Assembly: GCF_009914755.1 (NCBI RefSeq)
Contig: NC_060933.1
Origin: the human T2T-CHM13v2.0 reference genome, Homo sapiens
DNA: 64,000 nucleotides
Direction: 5' to 3' (one strand)
The translations under genes were made by a program, and so were the position numbers. A model generated the notes under the pieces. It saw nothing but the letters and a program-made list of their open reading frames with translations. It searched no databases and was not told the DNA's origin. Shown piece by piece: positions 56,910 through 64,000 of the stretch; position 1 is the stretch's first letter, and every line of letters starts with the position of its first letter.

Positions 56910-59900
56910 TTTCCATTCCATTCCATTCCATTCCATTCCATTCCATTCCATTGCATCGGGATCATTCCATTCCATTCCATTCCATTCCATTCCATTCCAT
57001 TCCGTATGATTCCGTTCCATTGCATTCAATTCCATTCCATTCCCCTGCACTCGGGTTGATTACATTCCATTCCATTCCCTTCCATTCCTTACCATTCCAT
57101 TCCATTCCATTCTATTCGGGTTAATTCCATTCCATTCAACTCCATTCCATTCCATTCCATTCCATTTCATTCCATTCCATTGCAATCGAGTTGATTCCAT
57201 TCCATTCCATTCCATTCCGTTCCGGATGATTCCATTCCATTGCATTCCATTCCATTCCATTCCCGTGCAGTCGGGTTGATTCCATTCCATTCCATTCCAT
57301 TCCACTCCATTCCGTTCGGTTCCATTCCATTCCATTCCATTCCATTCCATTCTATTCTGGTTAATTCCATTCCATTCCATTCCATTCCATTCCAATCGAG
57401 TTGATTCCATTCCATTCCATTCCATTCCATTCCACTCCATTCCAGTCCTTTGCATTCCATTCCACTCTGGTTGATTCCATTCTATTCCTTTCCATTCCAA
57501 TCCATTCCATTGCAATCGAGTTGATTCCATTCGAGTTGAATCCATTCCATTCCATTTCATTCTATTACATTGCACACGGGTTCATTCCATTCCATTCCAT
57601 TAAATTCCATTCCATTCCATTTCATTCCATTCCATTCTATTCCGTACCATTCCATTCCATCCCATTCCATTCCATTCCATTCCATTCCATCCCATTGCAT
57701 TCGATTCCATTCCATTCCATGCCATTACACTCGGGTTGATTCCATTCCTTTGCATTCCATTCTTGTTGAATCCATTCCATTCCATTCCATTCCATTCGAA
57801 TCCATTCCATTCCACTCGGGTTGATTCCATTCCATTCCATTCCATTCCATTTCATTCCTTTCCATTCCATTACATTCGGATTGATTCTATTCAATTCCCT
57901 TACACTCCATTACATTCCATTCCATTCGGGATGTTTCCATTCCATTCCATTCCATTCCATTCCACTCCATTCCATTGCATCGGGTTGATTGCATTCCATT
58001 CCAATCCATTCCATTCCGGATGATTCCATTCCATTGCATTCCATTCCATTCCATTCCCCTGCACTCGGGTTGATTACATTCCATTCCATTCCCTTCCATT
58101 CCTTTCCATTCCATTCCACTCCATTGCAATCGAGTTGATTCCATTCCATTCCATTCCATTCCATTCCATTCCATTCCATTCCATTCCATTCCATTCCGGA
58201 TGATTGCATTCCATTGCATTCCATTCCATTCCATTCCCCTGCACTCGTATTGATTCCATTCCATTTCATTCCATTACATTCCGTTCCATTCCATTCCATT
58301 CCATTCTATTCAGGTTAATACCATTCCATTCCATTCCATTCCATTCCATTCCATTCCAATCGAGTTGATTCCATTCCATTCCATTCCATTCCATTCCTTT
58401 CCATTCCATTCCAATCGATTAGATTCCATTCCATTCCATTCCATTCCACTCCATTCCAGTCCTTTCCTTTCCATTCCACTTGGGTTGATTCCATTCTATT
58501 CCTTTCCATTCCATTCCATTCCATTGCAATCGAGTTTATTCCATTCGAGTTGCATACATTCCATTCCATTCCATTCCATTCCATTGCACACGGGTTCATT
58601 CCATTCCATTCCATTAAATTCCATTCCATTCCATTTCATTCCATTCCATTCTATTCCGTACCATTCCATTCCATCCCATTCCATTCCATTCCATTCCATT
58701 CCATGCCATTACACTCGGGTTGATTCCATTCCTTTCCATTCCATTCCTGTTGAATCCATTCCATTCCATTCCATTCCATTCGAATCCATTCCATTGCACT
58801 CGGGTTGATTCCATTCCATTCCATTCCATTCCATTTCATTCCATTCCATTCCATTACATTCGGATTTATTCTATTCAATTCCCTTACACTCCATTACATT
58901 ACATTCCATTCGGGATGTTTCCATTCCATTCCATTCCATTCCATTGCATCGGGATCATTCCATTCCATTCCATTCCATTCCATTCCATTCCATTCCGTAT
59001 GATTCCGTTCCATTGCATTCAATTCCATTCCATTCCCCTGCACTCGGGTTGATTACATTCCATTCCATTCCCTTCCATTCCTTACCATTCCATTCCATTC
59101 CATTCTATTCGGGTTAATTCCATTCCATTCAACTCCATTCCATTCCATTCCATTCCATTTCATTCCATTCCATTGCAATCGAGTTGATTCCATTCCATTC
59201 CATTCCATTCCGTTCCGGATGATTCCATTCCATTGCATTCCATTCCATTCCATTCCCGTGCAGTCGGGTTGATTCCATTCCATTCCATTCCATTCCACTC
59301 CATTCCGTTCGGTTCCATTCCATTCCATTCCATTCCATTCTATTCTGGTTAATTCCATTCCATTCCATTCCATTCCATTCCAATCGAGTTGATTCCATTC
59401 CATTCCATTCCATTCCATTCCACTCCATTCCAGTCCTTTGCATTCCATTCCACTCTGGTTGATTCCATTCTATTCCTTTCCATTCCAATCCATTCCATTG
59501 CAATCGAGTTGATTCCATTCGAGTTGAATCCATTCCATTCCATTTCATTCTATTACATTGCACACGGGTTCATTCCATTCCATTCCATTAAATTCCATTC
59601 CATTCCATTTCATTCCATTCCATTCTATTCCGTACCATTCCATTCCATCCCATTCCATTCCATTCCATTCCATTCCATCCCATTGCATTCGATTCCATTC
59701 CATTCCATGCCATTACACTCGGGTTGATTCCATTCCTTTGCATTCCATTCTTGTTGAATCCATTCCATTCCATTCCATTCCATTCGAATCCATTCCATTC
59801 CACTCGGGTTGATTCCATTCCATTCCATTCCATTCCATTTCATTCCTTTCCATTCCATTACATTCGGATTGATTCTATTCAATTCCCTTACACTCCATTA

Positions 59901-60915
59901 CATTCCATTCCATTCGGGATGTTTCCATTCCATTCCATTCCATTCCATTCCACTCCATTCCATTGCATCGGGTTGATTGCATTCCATTCCAATCCATTCC
60001 ATTCCGGATGATTCCATTCCATTGCATTCCATTCCATTCCATTCCCCTGCACTCGGGTTGATTACATTCCATTCCATTCCCTTCCATTCCTTTGCATTCC
60101 ATTCCACTCCATTGCAATCGAGTTGATTCCATTCCATTCCATTCCATTCCATTCCATTCCATTCCATTCCATTCCATTCCATTCCATTCCGGATGATTGC
60201 ATTCCATTGCATTCCATTCCATTCCATTCCCCTGCACTCGTATTGATTCCATTCCATTTCATTCCATTACATTCCGTTCCATTCCATTCCATTCCATTCT
60301 ATTCAGGTTAATACCATTCCATTCCATTCCATTCCATTCCATTCCATTCCAATCGAGTTGATTCCATTCCATTCCATTCCATTCCATTCCTTTCCATTCC
60401 ATTCCAATCGATTAGATTCCATTCCATTCCATTCCATTCCACTCCATTCCAGTCCTTTCCTTTCCATTCCACTTGGGTTGATTCCATTCTATTCCTTTCC
60501 ATTCCATTCCATTCCATTGCAATCGAGTTTATTCCATTCGAGTTGCATACATTCCATTCCATTCCATTCCATTCCATTGCACACGGGTTCATTCCATTCC
60601 ATTCCATTAAATTCCATTCCATTCCATTTCATTCCATTCCATTCTATTCCGTACCATTCCATTCCATCCCATTCCATTCCATTCCATTCCATTCCATGCC
60701 ATTACACTCGGGTTGATTCCATTCCTTTCCATTCCATTCCTGTTGAATCCATTCCATTCCATTCCATTCCATTCGAATCCATTCCATTGCACTCGGGTTG
60801 ATTCCATTCCATTCCATTCCATTCCATTTCATTCCATTCCATTCCATTACATTCGGATTTATTCTATTCAATTCCCTTACACTCCATTACATTACATTCC
60901 ATTCGGGATGTTTCC
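56910..60915 (+). repeat. Tandem duplication of a ~1.99 kb unit (56910-58915; 58915-60915), itself a dimer of ~1 kb monomers
   Basis: TTGCATCGGGATCATT at 56951/58944; identical ORFs at offsets 1988-1993 (57401/59389, 58315/60308, 58651/60644); shared GAGTTGCATAC, CAGGTTAATACC. Confidence 0.93.
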
Positions 60916-63900
60916 ATTCCATTCCATTCCATTCCACTCCATTCCATTGCATCGGGTTGATTGTATTCCATTCCATTCCATTCCATTCCATTCTGGATGA
61001 TTCCATTCCATTGCATTCCATTCCATTCCATTCCCCTGCACTCGGGTTGATTACATTCCATTCCATTCCCTTCCATTCCTTTCCATTCCATTCCACTCCA
61101 TTGCAATCGAGTTGATTCCATTCCATTCCATTCCACTCCATTCCATTCCATTCCATTCCATTCCGGATGATTGCATTCCATGACATTCCATTCCATTCCA
61201 TTCCCCTGCACTCGGGTTGATTCCATTCCATTTCATTCCATTACATTCCGTTCCATTCCATTCCATTCCATTCTATTCGGGTAAATTCTATTCCATTCCA
61301 TTCCATTCCATTCCATTCCGTTCCATTCCATTCCATTGCAATCTAGTTGATTCGACTCCATTCCATTCCATTCCATTGCATTCCAATCGATTTGATTCCA
61401 TTCCATTCCATTCCATTCCAGTCCATTCCAGTCCTTTCCATTCCATTCCAGTGGGGTTGATTCCATTCTATTCCCTTCCATTCCATTCCATTCCATTGCA
61501 ATCGAGTTGATACCATTCCATTCCATTCCATTCCATTCCATTCCATTCCATTCCATTCCATTCCATTCCATTCCATTTCATTCCATTCCATTCCATTCCG
61601 TACCATTCCATTCCATCCCATTCCATTCCATTCCATTCCACGCCATTACACTCGGGTTGATTCCATTCCTTTCCATTCCATTCTTGTTGAATCCATTCCA
61701 TTCCATTCCATTCCATTCGAATCCATTCCATTGCACTCGGTTTGATTCCATTCCATTGCATTCCATTCCATTCCATTTCATTCCATTCCCTTCCATTACA
61801 TTCAGACTGATTCTATTCAATTCCCTTACACTCCAATACATTCCATTCCATTCGGGATGTTTCCATTCCTTTCCATTCCATTCCATTCTATTCCATTCCG
61901 GATGATTCCATTCCATTGCATTCCATTCCATTCCATTCCATTCTATTCCATTCCGGATGATTCCATTCCATTGCATTCCATTCCATTCCATTCCCGTGCA
62001 GTCGGGTTGATTCCATTCCATTCCATTCCATTCCATTCCATTCCATTCCGTTCCATTCCATTCCATTCCATTCCATTCTATTCGGGTCAACTCCATTCCA
62101 TTCCATTCCATTCAAATTCCATTCCACTCCATTCCAATCGAGTTGATTCCATTCCATTCCTTTCCATTCCATTCCACTCCATTCCAGTCCTTTCCATTCC
62201 ATTCCACTCGGGTTGATTCCATTTTATTCATTTCCATTCCATTCCATTCCATTGCAATCGAGTTGATTCCATTGTTTTGCATTCCATTCCATTCCATTCC
62301 ATTCCGGATGATTCCATTCCATTGCATTCCATTCCATTCCATTCCCCTGCACTCGGGTTGATTCCATTCCATTCCACTCCATTCCGTTCCATTCCATTCC
62401 ATTCCATTGTATTCGGGTTAATTCCATTCCATTCCATTCCATTCCATTCCATTACAATCGAGTTGATTCCATTCCATTCCATTCCATACCATTCCATTCC
62501 ATTCCATTCCATTCCATTCCATTCCATTCCATTCCGTTCCATTCCGTTCCATTCCGTTCCATTCCATTCCATTCCATTCCATTCCGGATGATTCCATTCC
62601 ATTGAATTCCATTCCATTCCATTCCCCTGCACTTGGGTTGATTCCATTCCATTCCATTCCATTCCTTTCCGTTCCATTCCATTCCATTCCATTCCATTCT
62701 ATTCGTGTTAATTCCATTCCATTCTATTACATTCCATTCCATTGAAATCGAGTTGATTCCATTCCATTCCATTCCATTCCATTCCATTGCATTCCGGATG
62801 ATTCCATTCCATTGCATTCAATTCCATTCCATTCCCCTGCACTCGGGTTGATTACATTCCATTCCATTCCCTTCCATTCCTTTCCATTCCATTCCATTCC
62901 ATTCTATTCGTGTTAATTCCATTCCATTCCACTCCATTCCATTCCATTCCATTCCATTCCATTCCCCTGCACTCGGGTTTCTTCCATTCCATTCCATTCC
63001 ATTTAATTCCATTCCATTCCATTCCATTCCATTCCAATCCGTTCCATTCCATTCCATTCCATTCCATTGCAATCTACTTGATTCCATTCCATTCCATTCC
63101 ATTCCATTCCATTCCATTCCATTCCATTCCATTCCATTGCATTCCATGCGATTCCACTCGGGTTGATTCCATTCCTTTCCATTCCATTCGGGTTGAATCC
63201 ATTCCACTCCATTCCATTCCATTCGAATCCATTCCATTGCACTCGGGTTGATTCCATTCCATTCCATTCCATTCGATTCCATTCCGTTCCATTCCATTCC
63301 ATTCCATTTCATTACATTCAGATTGATTCTATTCAATTCCCTTACACTCCATTATATTCCAATCCATTCTGGTTGTTTCCATTCCATTCCATTCCATTTC
63401 ACTCCATTCCATTGCACTCGGTTTGATTCCATTCCATTCCATTCCATTCCATTCCAGATGATTCCATTCCATTGCATTCCGTTCCATTCCATTCCCCTGC
63501 ACTCAGGTTGATTCCATTCCATTCCATTCCACTCCATTTGGTTCCATTCCATTCCATTCTATTGCATTCCATTCTATTCGGGTTAATTCCATTCCATTCT
63601 ATTCCATTCCATTCCACTCCATTCCATTGCAATGGAGTTGATTCCATTCCATTCCATTCCATTCCATTCCGGATGATTCCATTCCATTGCATTCCATTCC
63701 ATTCCATTCCATTCCATTCCGGATGATTCCATTCCATTGCATTCCATTCCATTCCATTCCCCTGCACTCGTGTTGATTCCATTCCCTTCCATTCCATTCC
63801 ATTCCGTTCCATTCCATTGCATTCCATTCTATTCCAGTTAATTCCATTCCATTCCATTCGATTGCAATCGAGTTGATTCCATTCCATTCCATTCCATTCC

Positions 63901-64000
63901 ATTCCATTCCATTCCTTTCCTTTCCATTCCATTACGAATGATTCCATTCCATTGCATTCCATTCCATTCCATTCAATTCCATTCCGTTCCATTCCATTCC

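Larger units (their letters stand above)
1..64000. repeat. Satellite III (HSat3, B-type) tandem array, human or other great-ape pericentromeric heterochromatin
   Basis: Continuous (ATTCC)n/(GGAAT)n pentamer across the window, interspersed with the classic satellite III (A/T/C)TCGGGTTG-type decamers. No unique sequence anywhere. Specific subfamily or chromosome (e.g. chr9q12 HSat3B5 versus other HSat3B arrays) cannot be fixed by eye. Confidence 0.98.
3063..64000 (+). repeat. HSat3 block in (CATTC)n orientation
   Basis: + strand reads ATTCC repeats from 3069 to the window end; I saw no further strand switch. Confidence 0.98.

Noticed and set aside
1-64000. Hundreds of ORFs up to 422 aa (MEWNG/IPFHS repeats)
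   Set aside because: (GGAAT)n and (ATTCC)n contain no stop codon in any frame and ATG recurs in every GGAAT junction. The ORFs overlap in all six frames with no domain, splice or codon evidence.
3064-64000. CRISPR-like alternation of conserved motifs and spacers
   Set aside because: The spacers are themselves pentamer repeats of variable length, not unique sequence; there are no cas genes or leader, and the context is eukaryotic satellite.
1-64000. Assignment to HSat2, DYZ1 (Yq12) or telomeric repeat
   Set aside because: It lacks dominant CATTCGATTC/GATGAT HSat2 periodicity, a regular ~3.6 kb DYZ1 unit and TTAGGG. The abundant CTCGGGTTG motif indicates HSat3B-type sequence.

Overview
The whole 64 kb is hominid pericentromeric satellite III (HSat3, B-type): (CATTC/GGAAT)n pentamers interrupted by recurrent decamer-type motifs such as ACTCGGGTTG, AATCGAGTTG, ATTCGGGTTA and GGATG. 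I found no genes, RNA genes, transposons or CRISPR arrays. Every ORF in the track is an artefact of a stop-free pentamer (MEWNG/IPFHS repeats). The informative content is structural. (1) A clean strand switch (inversion breakpoint) lies at ~3063, and ~1.8-2 kb of motif-colinear inverted homology flanks it. (2) There are five kb-scale tandem duplications of different apparent ages (~4.7/3.9, 5.6, 1.7, 1.5 and 2.0 kb), plus nested smaller ones. (3) A ~1-kb monomer / ~2-kb dimer higher-order structure appears at 55-62 kb. (4) The array is divided into domains with different motif vocabularies. (5) About 17 perfect heat-shock elements arise from a one-base variant of a common motif, set in a dense field of TEAD/MCAT-type CATTCC sites. 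I see no new protein-coding system. Coordinates of repeat boundaries were read by eye and are approximate (about +/-50 bp). Chromosome and subfamily assignment is inference.
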